Below, one piece after another: positions 1-13,300 of a stretch of 64,000 bases of DNA. The notes beneath the pieces were generated by a model. It was not told the origin of the DNA. It ran no database searches and saw nothing but the letters and a program-made list of their open reading frames with translations. Position numbers and translations under genes: made by a program. The number at the start of each line of letters is the position of its first letter. Position 1 is the first letter of the stretch. The stretch is from Lingula anatina. Its lineage: Eukaryota; Animalia; Brachiopoda. The stretch lies in the NCBI GenBank assembly GCA_051362555.1, contig CM120647.1:19382651-19446650 (forward strand), written 5' to 3'.

Positions 1-714
1 GATCCAGAGATATTTTCTGACAGTATTCCAAACTTTATTTGTTGATCCATCCTCCACTTTTGATGGTCTTCCAACAGAAAAAAACTGATACCAGTCAATG
101 TAAACTTTAAAATCTGACCGTCATCTGAAAGACCCAGAAGACGGCCTCAATCCACCCCTGCAATAAGATTATAGTTTCTGGACCATGAGAGTTCAAATTC
201 ACATAATGAAAATTCCAATATTTGAAAAATGTTGACAGTGCATAAAATAATATTACATAATGTTTAAAGACATAAAAACCTATGCAACTGCTTATGTGGA
301 AATACAGAAAATCTGAAGAGCTTCAGGTGGATAGGAGTTGAAAATGCCAGTGTTTAGAAAAAAATTAAAAAGAAAACACAAAAAAAAAAAAAAAAAAATT
401 CCAATAAAGCTGCTATTCAAACTTTTAATCTTGCTGTATTAACATGATATGAATAATCCCAATGTGTTTGAGGATAATAAGGCACTGTTATTCATCTATA
501 GCATTAATGTTGGCATTACACAATTTTTTTTTTCTTTTGTAAACTTATTTGCAATATTAAACAACATTTACCTGCATAATTATCACCAATTCCTAATTAT
601 GTGACACAGTTAAGAGAGCTTAACCTATAGGACTTGAATGGGAAATCTCAACGTGTGTTTTATGTAATCTTATTTAATGGGCACTTGAAAATCAATTAGG
701 CAAGTAATTTTATA

Positions 715-3700
715 ATAATAATAATAATAATAATAAGTTTATTGAGCACTAAATGATGTGAATACATTTGCAGGCTCTCTAGACTACAATATTTACATAA
801 TATATATATGGGTATACAATTATATATGTTTACATATGTAGTATGTTAAATCATACATGTGTTAATGCAAATTATGCTATAATATTAATTAATTAAGCTA
901 TTCACAGCATTATTGACAATAAGTGGCTGTGATATACTAGATTTCAGGTGAACTATGTATTTTAACAGCAGTCTTTACAAATTCTGCTATTACTTTGAGA
1001 CTTTTATGACAGGGTGGATTAAGGAGAATTGACAATATCTGATCACTGTCATCTAGACCCACTACACTGATTTTCAGTAGTTCATCATGCATTCGTTGCC
1101 TCTCAACAGTGTATCTTGTGCATTCTGTGAGGAAATGTTTTTCATCCTCTACACAGTTGCAAGCTTTACATTTTCTCTCATCAAGTGGAGTTTTAGGGTT
1201 TGTGTATCGGCCCCTTTCTATTGCTAGGTCGTGGTCACTTAGTCTAATTTTTGCTAGTGTTTTGATATCTAAGGGTGAGACACTCATTTTGATGTAATTT
1301 TCACATTCATAAGATTTTTTAATTGTTTTGTATGTCCTTAATTTGTTTGAGGTCGAACTATTTAATTCCTGCCAAAAGAGTTTTTCGATTTTTATGTTCA
1401 ATTTTTCTACTAGGTTTTCTATTTGATGTAATTTCTTTGGTGGGTTGTTATCTTCTGAGAAACCCCAACAATTGTGAAAAGATTGGATGGATTCTGTCCA
1501 TGTGTTTCCCTTTGTGTCTTGCTCAAGATTGTACACCTGTTTTACAATTCTATTATCTGGTAGTTGTTCCAGTCTAAGACTATATCTTTGGACAAGTTTA
1601 GCTATAGTTGGAAAAATAGGGTACCTGCCGAGTTCGGCTCTAGACATGGTATTGCTAGCCTGCTTTCTTAGACCTAAAATCCATTTGCAAAATTTCAAGT
1701 GTACCTGTTCAAATGGCATTTTATTAATCTTTTTCAGAGACATGTTTTTCTGTTTTAGTATCTCCTGTGACCAGACCTCACTACCATAAAGCAAAATTGG
1801 TTTGATGAGTTTGTCAAATAAGTTCATGCACAAAAGAGGTTTGGAGATGTTTTGAGAGGCAAGTGCTCCTTTAAGGGAAAACAGGGCTTTTAGGGCCTTT
1901 TTCTTTAAATTTTCAATTGCTTCCTTTAATGAGCCAGTATTGGAGAAAACTATTCCCAAATATGGGTATTGTTTTACTTCTTCTATGGGTTCATCATTTA
2001 TGTAAAATTTTGTTTGATGGTCAAGTTTGCCCTTCTTCCTAAACACCATTATTTTTGTTTTCTTTGTATTAATGTGTAACTTCCACTTTTGACAGTACTG
2101 TTCTAATTTGTTCAGTAGATTTTGCAGTCCATCCTTTGTTCTTGACAGTAGGACCAGATCATCGGCATAGAGTATGTGATTGATGCCATCTACCTTGTCT
2201 GTGGCTTTGCATGTGTGGAAGGATTCTTTTATGTCGTCTATAAATATATTAAAGAGTGTTGGGCTTAGATTATCCCCTTGGCGGATTCCAATCTTAGCAA
2301 AAAAAGGTTTGGTATAGCTGTTGCCTGTGGAGATTCCTAATTTAGTATTTTTGTACATATGTTTAATCAGATTGTAAAATTTTCCTCCTATTCCAAGTTT
2401 CTGTAATTTGAGTAATAGACCTTTGTGCCATACCGAATCAAATGCCTTTTTAAAATCAATAAAACATGCATAGACCTTCCTATTTTGATTTGTATATCTG
2501 TTAATAATTGATTTAAGTGTGAAAATGTGATCAGTTGTTCTGTAACTTGGTCTGAACCCACCCTGTTCTTCGCTGAGTTTGCCTTCCTTTTCAATCAAGT
2601 CAGTTAGCCTATTTGCCAGAATAGAATTAAATAACTTACCCAAACAGCTTGTAATGCAAAGACCCCTGTAATTTGAGGGATCCAGACACTCACCAGACTT
2701 ATAGAGTGGTATGACTATGCCTAAATTCCAAGCATCAGGGATCTCACCAGAGTTTAAGACCAGGTTAAAAATTTTAGTCATCGCACCAGTTAGGTATGGT
2801 CGCCCAGTCTTAAGCATTTCATTTCGTATGCTATCTGCCCCAGGTGCTTTGCCATTTTTTAGCTTTCTGAGTGCTTTTTGGACCTCCAGAATGGTTATAG
2901 GGTCATCTAGTTTGGGATTCCCAGGGCAATCTTCATATTTTTTCAATTCATCATCAATATCATTGTCACCTGGAGGCGGGATACCACACAGTTGTTGGAA
3001 GTAATTGTGCCATACATCAGGGGCAATAAGGTTGTTCTGATCCTCTTCTTTTTTAAGTTTTTTGATAATTTGCCAAAATTCTTTGGGGTTCTTTTCTTCA
3101 ATGTTCAAAAGCTTTTCAAGGAGGTTGTCTTTATGTTCTTGTTTTTTCTTTTTCAGAAGTTGTTTGTACTTTTTGCAAGCTTGATGATAAGTGTGAGAGA
3201 TAAAGTGATTATTCGGGTTTTTGTGGAGTAGTCTCCCAAGGTGTTTAACATTCCGTTTTACTTCGATGCATTGATTGTCAAACCAGGGCTGTTTTTTATT
3301 CCCTTTTCTTGGATTACTATTTTTCTTTGACATTCTTTTTGTACGCAGTGATGCACTAGCCGCGCCATCTAGGATTTTATTAAAAGACTGACATGCCTTA
3401 TTTACTCCCTCTTTAGTAGTTGGGAAGGTGGTAGTTTGAAATTCACATATGGCTTCTATGTTTTTTTCACTTTCCAGTTCACTAAGAAATTTATCTGCAG
3501 AGTCATTGCCCCAGATGTACTGATCTTTGAATTTTTGAAGCGGAATAATTTTTGGTGACTCCTTGAAACCCTTACTTGCAATTGTGAGATCTAGAAGACA
3601 GTGATCTGAGATATAGTCAATTGGGTGAACAGTGAAATACTTTACACTATCAACTAACTTATCACTCAAAACTGCATAATCCACTGCACTACAGCCATTT

Positions 3701-4604
3701 TGATTGTAACATGTGTAGTACCCTAATGAATTTCCTAACACTCTTCCATTCAGTATTCTCAAATTGCTGCTAATGCATAATTCTACAAGGGTTCTTCCCT
3801 GAGAGTTTATGATACTGTCTAAGTTGTTCCGAGCAGGAGTGAGCATATCTGTGGGGTGGCTACCAGGCACTGGGATACCGTGTGTGTTATCATTTTTGAT
3901 ATAATCTGGGAGTGTACCAGTTCTAGCGTTAAAATCACCCATGAGGCATATCATGCCATCTGATTGATACTGAGCTATTTCCTCTTCAAGGATGTCAAAG
4001 GTAGCTTCATCAAATCTCCCATTCTTTGGCTTAATATATACTGCACACACGAATAAGTCTTTTTGGAGACCGAAACACTGTCCTGGTAGCCTTATCCATA
4101 AGGTATTCTCACTTTTGCTAGACATTACATGAAGAGCACCACTAAATTGTTTTCTGTAATATATGACTATACCGCCGGATGGGCGTCCTTTTGTTTTCTT
4201 TTTTGTTTTTATTTTGTAGAAGTGGCCATGTGTTCCACTAGGTAGGACCATTTTTGATCTCAGGGTGCTAAAAGTTTCTACACATATGAATATATCAAAA
4301 TTTTCGACCATCTCAACAAAGTTTTCATCAGTAAGTTTCTTTGCTAATCCTCTAATATTTCTCATACCGATGCGTAACATGTTTCTCTGTAATTATTGAT
4401 ATCTCTTTAAAAAACATACAAAAAGACCTATCCACACTACTTCAATGAACTTACTCAGTGTTATACTAGTAATTAATCAGGGAGAAAATCTTCTTTTTCT
4501 TTTTGTTGATATTCACTTACTAGTAGTAGTTTTCAGTATTTACTTAAAGCATTTAGTTGGTCACTTAAAGCTTTCAATTTAAAAAAAAAAAAAAAAAAAA
4601 AAAG
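715..4604 (-). mobile_element. Non-LTR retrotransposon (LINE; APE endonuclease + RT, RTE-X/CR1-group-like) inserted into a HINE copy within JmjC intron 7
   Basis: 3' end on the - strand reads AATAAA (738-743) then a (TTA)n tail. TTATA is duplicated at 710-714 and 4605-4609. Removing the element restores ...ggcaagtaattttatagctctgaatttagctagtg..., matching the uninterrupted paralogous repeat near 17240-17280. Clade assignment is inferred from motifs only. Confidence 0.9.
937..4380 (-). CDS. LINE ORF2 polyprotein, 1147 aa: APE endonuclease, reverse transcriptase, C-terminal Cys/His motif
   Basis: Uninterrupted ORF. APE motifs LRIGMRNIRGL, CVET, GDFNAR, VDY, SDH. RT motifs APGADSI, NYRGLC, FIDFKKAFDSV, GIRQGDNLSPTLF, YADD, YLG. 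C-terminal RLSDHDLAIERGRY...CKAC...EDEKHFLTEC. Confidence 0.95.
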   Translation of the reverse strand: MLRIGMRNIRGLAKKLTDENFVEMVENFDIFICVETFSTLRSKMVLPSGTHGHFYKIKTKKKTKGRPSGGIVIYYRKQFSGALHVMSSKSENTLWIRLPGQCFGLQKDLFVCAVYIKPKNGRFDEATFDILEEEIAQYQSDGMICLMGDFNARTGTLPDYIKNDNTHGIPVPGSHPTDMLTPARNNLDSIINSQGRTLVELCISSNLRILNGRVLGNSLGYYTCYNQNGCSAVDYAVLSDKLVDSVKYFTVHPIDYISDHCLLDLTIASKGFKESPKIIPLQKFKDQYIWGNDSADKFLSELESEKNIEAICEFQTTTFPTTKEGVNKACQSFNKILDGAASASLRTKRMSKKNSNPRKGNKKQPWFDNQCIEVKRNVKHLGRLLHKNPNNHFISHTYHQACKKYKQLLKKKKQEHKDNLLEKLLNIEEKNPKEFWQIIKKLKKEEDQNNLIAPDVWHNYFQQLCGIPPPGDNDIDDELKKYEDCPGNPKLDDPITILEVQKALRKLKNGKAPGADSIRNEMLKTGRPYLTGAMTKIFNLVLNSGEIPDAWNLGIVIPLYKSGECLDPSNYRGLCITSCLGKLFNSILANRLTDLIEKEGKLSEEQGGFRPSYRTTDHIFTLKSIINRYTNQNRKVYACFIDFKKAFDSVWHKGLLLKLQKLGIGGKFYNLIKHMYKNTKLGISTGNSYTKPFFAKIGIRQGDNLSPTLFNIFIDDIKESFHTCKATDKVDGINHILYADDLVLLSRTKDGLQNLLNKLEQYCQKWKLHINTKKTKIMVFRKKGKLDHQTKFYINDEPIEEVKQYPYLGIVFSNTGSLKEAIENLKKKALKALFSLKGALASQNISKPLLCMNLFDKLIKPILLYGSEVWSQEILKQKNMSLKKINKMPFEQVHLKFCKWILGLRKQASNTMSRAELGRYPIFPTIAKLVQRYSLRLEQLPDNRIVKQVYNLEQDTKGNTWTESIQSFHNCWGFSEDNNPPKKLHQIENLVEKLNIKIEKLFWQELNSSTSNKLRTYKTIKKSYECENYIKMSVSPLDIKTLAKIRLSDHDLAIERGRYTNPKTPLDERKCKACNCVEDEKHFLTECTRYTVERQRMHDELLKISVVGLDDSDQILSILLNPPCHKSLKVIAEFVKTAVKIHSSPEI

Positions 4605-7600
4605 TTATAGCTCTGAATTTAGCTAGTGATTATCCCAAGGGACAATTACCACCATCCATAAACAGTAGCCCCATATAGCAATCCATAGAGCTGCATTGCT
4701 TCCAAAACAGAAAACAATTACACTGATTTCCAACACAAGCTACACTTCAGTCCTATGAAACTTTTCAGTAAGTTAGAATATCATAAGTAAAATGGTTTTT
4801 CCTTAATGGTCATCCCAGCACCGATGTCCAAAAAAGGTGTTTTTTTTTCATCTTTTACGCAATTTAACATAATGCTTAACAGCACAATGGCCATCAATTT
4901 TTAATAATAAAGTAAATGTATCATAACTATTCAAAAGATGTGACTAGCAATGGTATTCAAGCCAATGGAAGTTCAAAGACTAAGTCACACCTTGAAAATG
5001 TCCATATGTGAAAATTTTTATTGTAACAAAAAACTATATAATTTCCAAGAAAGTTAACCGATATAACAGGTTTTCCAACTGAAGCTATAATTTAGTGCTA
5101 TGCTACATTTCTGTAAGTTTGAGAAGAGTAAGTGACTTGGTTTTCCTTTAATGGTCACTGTGGAGGCATTGTCTAAAATGGAGTTGTCTTCAATTTTGAT
5201 GCAATATTACATAATGCTTAACAGCATAATGACCATCAATTTTTAATAATAAAATAAAAGTATCATGGATATTCAGAAAATTTGATATGGAAAGGTCTTC
5301 AGGGCCATGGAAGTTCAGAGTCACAACTTCAAAATGCCAAAATGTAAAAATGTACACAAGAGATAACTGTACTGAAATGAATTTCTTTCCACTTTCAACA
5401 CTTTTTTTACATATATCAAAATAATCAATTTACTGTCGTTTTTAAATGATCAACTAAGAAAGTTGTTGACATAGGAAAAATATCAATAGAACAATTTTAA
5501 ATGTCCAATTTGTTCCATTCTGAGATTCTGAACATGGTGAATGATTGAATCTGACAAACTGTAAAGATATGAGTTTATTTCCATTTTTGACACTTTATTA
5601 CACAATGCACAATAACAGGTTTACCATCATTTTTATATAATCAACTAACAATATTGTTAAGATGCAGAAAATGTCAAAAGAACACCTTTACATTACTAAT
5701 TAGTTCACAAATGAGATTGTTAACATGACTAAGAATTAAATCCGAGGAAAAAAGACTTCTATACAAAAAAATACAGAAAATAGCACTTCTGGTGGATGGG
5801 AGTAAAAAATCACATCTTGAAGATGCTAGTGTTTGAAAAATAATTTTAAAAAAATTTTAAATAAAACGTAAAAAATTCCAATAAAGCTGCTATTCAAACT
5901 TTTAATCTAGCTGTATTAACTTGATATTAATAACCCCACCAAGTTTGAGAAAAATAAAGCACTGTTATTCATCTATAGCATGTTGGCATAACACATTCTT
6001 TTTGTTGTAAATTTATTTGCAATGTTAAACACCATTTATCTGCAAAATTATCACCAAATCCTAATTTTGTGACACAGTTAAGAGAGCTAAACCTATGGGA
6101 CTTTACAGGGAAATCTCAAGGAGTGTTTTATGTAATCTCATTTAATGGACAATTGAAAATTAATGAGTAGGCAAGTGACTTTATAGACCTTAATTTAATT
6201 AGTGATCACCCAAGGGACAATTTTATAGACTAGCTGCCATCCATACAGTACCATCATATAGCACAATGGTGTTGCATACATGCTGAAAAAAGTGTAAAAA
6301 CAGCATTACTTCCCTAAAAATGACCCGATCATGCTGATTTTCAAACTTGACCTGCGTATTATGAATATTCATCAGTTCTGTAAGTTTGAAACCAAAAGGT
6401 AAAATGGTTTTCCACTTATCATGTTATCGGTGCTGCATATATGCTGAAAAAAGTGAAAAAAACAGCATAACTACCCTAAAAATGACCCGATCATGCTGAT
6501 TTTCGAACTTGACCTGCGTAATATGAATATTCATTAGTTCTGCAAGTTTCAAGCCAAAAGGTAAATTGATTTTTCACTTATCATGTTATCAGTGTTGCAT
6601 ATATGGTGAAAAAAGTGAAAAACAGCATAACTTCCCTAAAAATGACCCGATCATGCTGATTTTCGAACTTGACCTGCGTATTATGAATATTCATCAGTTT
6701 TGTAAGTTTCAAGGGAAAAGGTAAATTTTTTTTCCACTTATCGTGTTATCGGTGCTGCATATATGCTGAAACAAGACAGCACTGTTCTGCAATGGGTTTA
6801 CTTCCATTTTTAAAACACTTTTTTAACATAAAACAAAATAAACAGTTTTCTACCATTTGTATATGATCAACGAAGAAAATTGATGAGATGGGACAAATAT
6901 CAATAGAACAGTGTTAAATGTCCAATTTCCTCCATTCTGAGATAATGAATATAGTAGATGATTGAATCTGACAAACTGCAATGATATTTATTTCCATTTT
7001 AGACACTTTATAACATAATACACAATAACAAGTTTACCATCATTTTTACATAATCAACTAACAATGTTATTAAGATGCAGGAAATGTCAAACAAACACTT
7101 TTACGTATCTTATTAGTTCAATAATGAGACAGTTAACATGCCTAACAATTGAATCTGAGGAAATGTGAAAAAAACAGCATAACTTCTAAAATAATGGCCC
7201 AATTATGCTGATTTTCGAACTCAACCTGTGTTTTAGTTAGTTTGACTACTCCTGTGAGTATAATGACAATTGGCCTATCTGTTTTTCTTATATTGTGTTA
7301 TTAGCGTTGCATATATGTTGAAAGAAGTGAAAAAACAGCAAAACTTCCCTAAAAATGGCCCGATCATGCCGATTTTCGAACTTTACCTGCGTATTATGAA
7401 TATTCATCAGTTCTGTAAGTTTCAAGCCAAAATTTAAAATGGTTTTCCATTTATTGTGTTATCGGTGCTGCATATATGCTGAAAAAAGAGAAAAAATAGC
7501 CTAAATTCACTAAAAATGACCTTATCATGCTGATTTTCGAACTTGAACTGCGTATTATGAATATTCATCAGTTCTGTAAGTTTCAAGCCAAAAGGTAAAA

Positions 7601-7896
7601 TGGTTTTCCACTTATCGTGTTATCGGTGCTGCATATATGCTGAAAAAAGTGAAAAAACAGCATAAATTCCCTATAAGTGACCCGATCATGCTGATTTTCG
7701 AACTTGACCTGCGTATTACGAATATTCATCAGTTCTGTAAGTTTCAAGCCAAAAGAAAAAACAGTTTTCCACTTATCGTGTTATCGGTAAAAGTGCACGG
7801 CGACGGCGACGACAGACGCAGATGATGGCTATATGTACAGACACATCTGTGTCTGTACATAAAAAGGAAGAAGGAAAAGTTACTAGTATGGAGTAC

Positions 7897-10255
7897 CTGT
7901 GCCATAACTTCTTCATAAAATGCTGCCCAGCGCTCATATGAGAGAGATGAATCCATTCTTAGTAAAGCCAGAAGATGATGTCGTAGACTTTCTGAATTCA
8001 AACGAGCATTAGAAAGTTGCTGAAAAGTAAAACAATAAATTAAGATAAAATCTCAAGACTTTTTACTTTAATTAAGTAGCCAAAGACAAATTTGGCTAAC
8101 CAAAGAAACCATCACAGGGCAAATACTACGTAGTAACCTTTTGAATGAGAACTTCTGGAACTAAATTAGAAAATTAACAGTAACTTGGTAATAAAATGCT
8201 GCCAGCATTATCTTTCTACAATTTAAATGCATGATAAAGAACTCGATAATAACTTTTAGACTGAGTTCCCATACTTAGATCAATCCATCTGGATCAATCT
8301 AACTCCCTAGGGGTTCACACTAAATTGCTACCGGCCTACTGTCACGCCGGTAAAGATAATTAGGGGTAAAGATAATTACCCCCTGACAGCTTTACTGGGC
8401 GTGACAGACATTTAAGTTGGTTACATTGATAGCAATTTAGTGAGACTCCCCAGGGATATAGATCACGACAACGACTGGGCCCCTGAATCGGACCCGGATG
8501 CCACGAGAACGAATCTGGGCTCTCCTGGGTCATAGCAAATTACCTTTTGCATAAAAATACGGTATACTTTAGAAAGTTTACATTAAATGATCGATTTAAA
8601 ACGAACATATTGCTGGTCATTAGAATAAAGTCCGTATATTTAGCTGTCAATATCTGTGGGAATGGTCCCTTAGTTAGCAACTGACTTATCTCTATATAAA
8701 TACACTGTAGTATCACTATACTTAATTATATATATTAAAATATAATCAGCATTTTAGAAGTATGAGGCTAGAGTCCTGGTAATAATAGTAATAATATTGG
8801 AAAATTATTCTAAAATATTAAGATGTCAAAAGAAGAAAAAAAAGACTGTGGCGAAACACTAAACCTTGTCTCCAGCGAAGTAGGCCCACGTAAAGGTGAC
8901 CTCAGAAAGAGGAATGTCGCGGTCAGGTTTTCCCTCGCAATCAGAAGCAGAGAATTGTGGGACAGGTGCCCACAAGATGGTATACGATATGCTGCGACCA
9001 TAAGAGCGCACTTGATGAAGGTGACCTGTACAGAAAATTAAAATGTGATCATGGTGATACTATTTGTTTTCTTTTTTTTTATTTATTTTGAAAATTTCAG
9101 CATCCCAAATGCAAAGGAAATAGGGATCATTTTTTCCTATTTTTTCCAACTTACTTAATCCTCTTTGTAAATGATTTCACAGAACACGGAGAGCCCTTTA
9201 ATTATTTGGATACTCACACAAACAAATTTTGCACCCCGAGTTCCCCGGTTTCTTACCTGCAGGCACATATATACAGTCCCCTGGCTTGAGAGTGCTGTAA
9301 GTCCAGGGTATCTGGGTGATCTCAGGGTGTTTGAACACATTCACCATGTCCATGTCTATCTTAGAGTAGCCGTGACCAGAGTGAGCTGGCTGTGGTGAGT
9401 TAGAAAATATGGCCAAAACTTGAACATTTAGTTGATTTTGAACATTTTATTGGCAGACAATTCTCTGTTGTTGTTTTTTTTAACTTTGAAAATTTAGTCA
9501 AACTCGAAAATGGGCCTCTCAATAATTTTGAAAATTTTTGTCACCTAATAAGGCCTAGTCAGATTCAGGCATTTTAAAATATCAATTTATTGTTAAGTTA
9601 ATCCAAAATTTTCAAGTTTTACTAAACAAATTAATTGACTTGATTAACCTTACAAATTTCAGCTTAACTGAACAATGCAAGCATTTTTTTTTTAATGACC
9701 TGAGGTTTATTTTCAAGTTTATCCTTATATATCAGATGTGTAAAAAATTGTTGTTTACATCCAATAACAAGGCAGCAAAGCTGTCAAATGTACAGACAAA
9801 AACCAGAAAATAAAAACGCAGGAAATAGGATACTGTCAATTCTGATGAACTAATGTATTATGCTTACTGTAACTGCATAGCCAACATCAAATTCTTATTC
9901 TGCATAACATTGGATTAGGATGAAAGTAAAATGTGTATCAAGCATTAGACTAAGTTCCCATACCTAGATCAATCTAACAGGATCAATGCAACTCCAAGGG
10001 GTTTCTCACTAAATTGCTTTCAGTTTGAGAGTCTTCGGATTCTGGCATGCCAGTTTCAGTAGGCGTGACAGACAACTAAGCCACTAACATTGATTGCAAT
10101 TTAGCGAGAATTCCCATGGAGATAGATCGATCCACAGTTAGCGTGATAGGGTCTGAAAATAGTCCCTAAGGTGTCAGGCTGATAAGAGTTAAACTTTGGA
10201 AATGCCAGAATGAGGTACAGTGAAAATTACACACAAAAAAAAATGCTTAAACTCA

Positions 10256-10333
<78 letters not shown>

Positions 10334-13300
10334 CACTATATATTATTAATTTTTTTTTTTTTTTGGGCTGTATGTCAATCCTAAGAATCATTCTTGTAAC
10401 TTAACAAAATACAGAAAATGTTACAAAGTAAGAGTACAGGGCTCCTGGCAGATGGGAGTGATAAGTCACAACTTGAAAATGCCAGTATAGCACTCTATAA
10501 ACCTGCATTGCCTCCAAAACAGAAAACAAACACACTGGTTTTCAAACACAAGCTGCGCACTTCTGTCTTATGAAACTTTTCACTAAGTTTCAGTATCGTA
10601 AGTAACATGGTTTTCCCTTAATTGCTATCCTGGCAGCAGTGTCCAAAATAGGGTTTTCTTCAACTTTCATACAATAAAACATAATACTTAACAGCATAAT
10701 GACCATCAAATTTTTTATAAAAAAATAAAAGTATCATGAATATTCAGAAAATGTGATTTGGGAAGGTCTTCAAGGCCATGGAAGTTCAGAGTCACACTTT
10801 CAAAATGCCAAAATGTAAACAAGAGATAACTGTACTGAAATGATTTTCTTTCCATTTTCAACACCTTTTTTAAAACAAAATGATCAATAAACTGTCATTT
10901 TTAAATGTTCAACTAGGAAAATTGCTGACATAGGAAAAATAGCAATAGAACAATTTTCAATGTCCAATTTGCTCCATTTGCAGATGCTGAACATAGTGAA
11001 TGATTAAATCTGACAAACTGCAATGATAAGTTCCTTTCCATTTATGATACTTTATTACACAATGCACAATATTATAACAGGTTTACCGTCATTTTTATAT
11101 AATCAACAAACAATATTGTTAAGAAGCAGAAAATGTCAAAACAACACTTTTACATATCTTATTAGTTCCATAATGAGACTGTTAACATGCCTAAGAATTA
11201 AATCTGAAGAAATAACAATTATATACAAAAATACAGAAAATGCACAGCACTTCTGGTGGATGGGAGTATAAAATCACATCTTGAAGATGCTTGTGTTTGA
11301 AAAATAATTTTAAAAAAAATTTTAAATAAAACGTAAAAAATTCCAATAAAGCTGCTATTCAAACTTTTAATCTAGCTGTATTAACTTGATATTAATAACC
11401 CCACCAAGTTTGAGAAAAATAAAGCACTGTTATTCATCTATAGCATGTTGGCATAACACATTCTTTTTGTTGTAAATTTATTTGCAATGTTAAACACCAT
11501 TTATCTGCACAATTATCACCAAATCCTAATTTTGTGACACAGTTAAGAGAGCTAAACCTATGGGACTTTACAGGGAAATCTCAAGGAGTGTTTTATGTAA
11601 TCTCATTTAATAGCCAATTGAAAATTAATGAGTAGGCAAGTGACTTTATAGACCTTAATTTAATTAGTGATCACCCAAGGGACAATTTTATAGACTGTCA
11701 TCCATACAGTACCATCATATAGCACAAAGGTGTTGCGTACATGCTGAAAAAAGTGAAAAAACAGCATTACTTCCCTAAAAATGACCCGATGATGCTGATT
11801 TTCAAACTTGACCTGCGTATTATGAATATTCATTAGTTCTGCAAGTTTCAAACCAAAAGGTAAAATGGTTTTCCACTTATCATGTTTTCAGTGTTGCATA
11901 TATGCTGAAAAAAGTGAAAAACAGCATAACTTCCCTAAAAATGACCCAATCATACTGATTTTCAAACTTGACCTGCGTATTATGAATATTCATCAGTTCT
12001 GTAAGTTTGAAACCAAAAGGTAAAATGATTTTCCACTTATCGTGTTATCGGTGCTGCATATATGCTGAAAAAAGTGAAAAAACAGCATAACTACCCTAAA
12101 AATGACCCGATAATGCTGATTTTCAAACTTGACCTGCGTAATATGAATATTCATTACTTCTGCAAGTTTCAAGCCAAAAGGTAAAATGATTTTTCACTTA
12201 TCATGTTATCAGTGTTGCATATATGGTGAAAAAAGTGAAAAACAGCATAACTTCCCTAAAAATGACCCGATCATGCTGATTTTCGAACTTGACCTGCGTA
12301 TTATGAATATTCATCAGTTTTGTAAGTTTCAAGGGAAAAGGTAAAATGGTTTTCCACTTATCGTGTTATCGGTGCTGCATATATGCTGAAACAAGACAGC
12401 ACTGTTCTGCAATGGGTTTACTTCCATTTTTAGAACACTTTTTTAACATAAAACAAAATAAACAGTTTTCTACCATTTGTATATGATCAACTAAGAAAAT
12501 TGATGAGATGGGAAAAATATCAATAGAACAGTGTTAAATGTCCAATTTCCTCCATTCTGAGATAATGAATATAGTAAATGATTGAATCTGACAAACTGCA
12601 ATGATATTTGTTTATTTCCATTTTTGACGCTTTATAACATAATACACAATAACAAGTTTACCATCATTTTTACATAATCAACTAACAATGTTATTGAGAT
12701 GCAGGAAATGTCAAACAAACACTTTTACGTATCTTATTAGTTCAATAATGAGACTGTTAATATGCCTAACAATTGAATCTGAGGAAATGTGAAAAAACAG
12801 CATAACTTCTAAAAGAATGGCACGATTATGCTGATTTTGGAACTCAACCTGCGTTTTGGTTAGTTTGACTACTCCTGTGAGTATAATGACAATTGGCCTA
12901 TTTGTTTTTCTTATATTGTGTTATTAGCGTTACATATATGTTGAAAGAAGTGAAAAAACAGCATAACATCCCTAAAAATGGCCCGATCATGCTGATTTTC
13001 AAACTTGACCTGCGTATTTCGAATATTCATCAGTTTTGTAAGTTTCAAGCCAAAAGGTAAAATGATTTTCCATTTATGGTGTTATCGGTGCTGCATATAT
13101 GCTGAAAAAAGAGAAAAAATAGCCTAAATTCACTAAAAATGACCCAATCACGCTGATTTTCGAACTTGACCTGCGTATTATGAATATTCATCAGTTCTAT
13201 AAGTTTCAAGCCAAAAGGTAAAATGGTTTTCCACTTATTGTGTTATCGGTGCTGCATATATGCTGAAAAAAGTGAAAAAACAGCATAAATTCCCTATAAG

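Larger units (their letters stand above)
1..7865 (-). mobile_element. HINE-like (Helentron-associated) element copy A with internal ~161-bp tandem monomers; interrupted by the LINE; far end outside the window
   Basis: Terminal hairpin tatgtacagacac-atct-gtgtctgtacata (7832-7861) followed by an A-run and preceded by a (ggcgac)n microsatellite. Monomers recur at ~161-bp spacing (e.g. 6281, 6442, 6604). Long homology to copies B-D. Confidence 0.75.

Noticed and set aside
1109-3231. Several short ORFs overlapping the LINE
   Set aside because: Shadow frames of the RT ORF with no independent motifs.
6270-7790. Regular repeats resembling a CRISPR array
   Set aside because: These are ~161-bp head-to-tail monomers without unique spacers, in a eukaryotic context with no cas genes.
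7637-7825. Repeated short ORF MLKKVKKQHKF... (also 13260-13469)
   Set aside because: Chance open frame within the HINE monomer.
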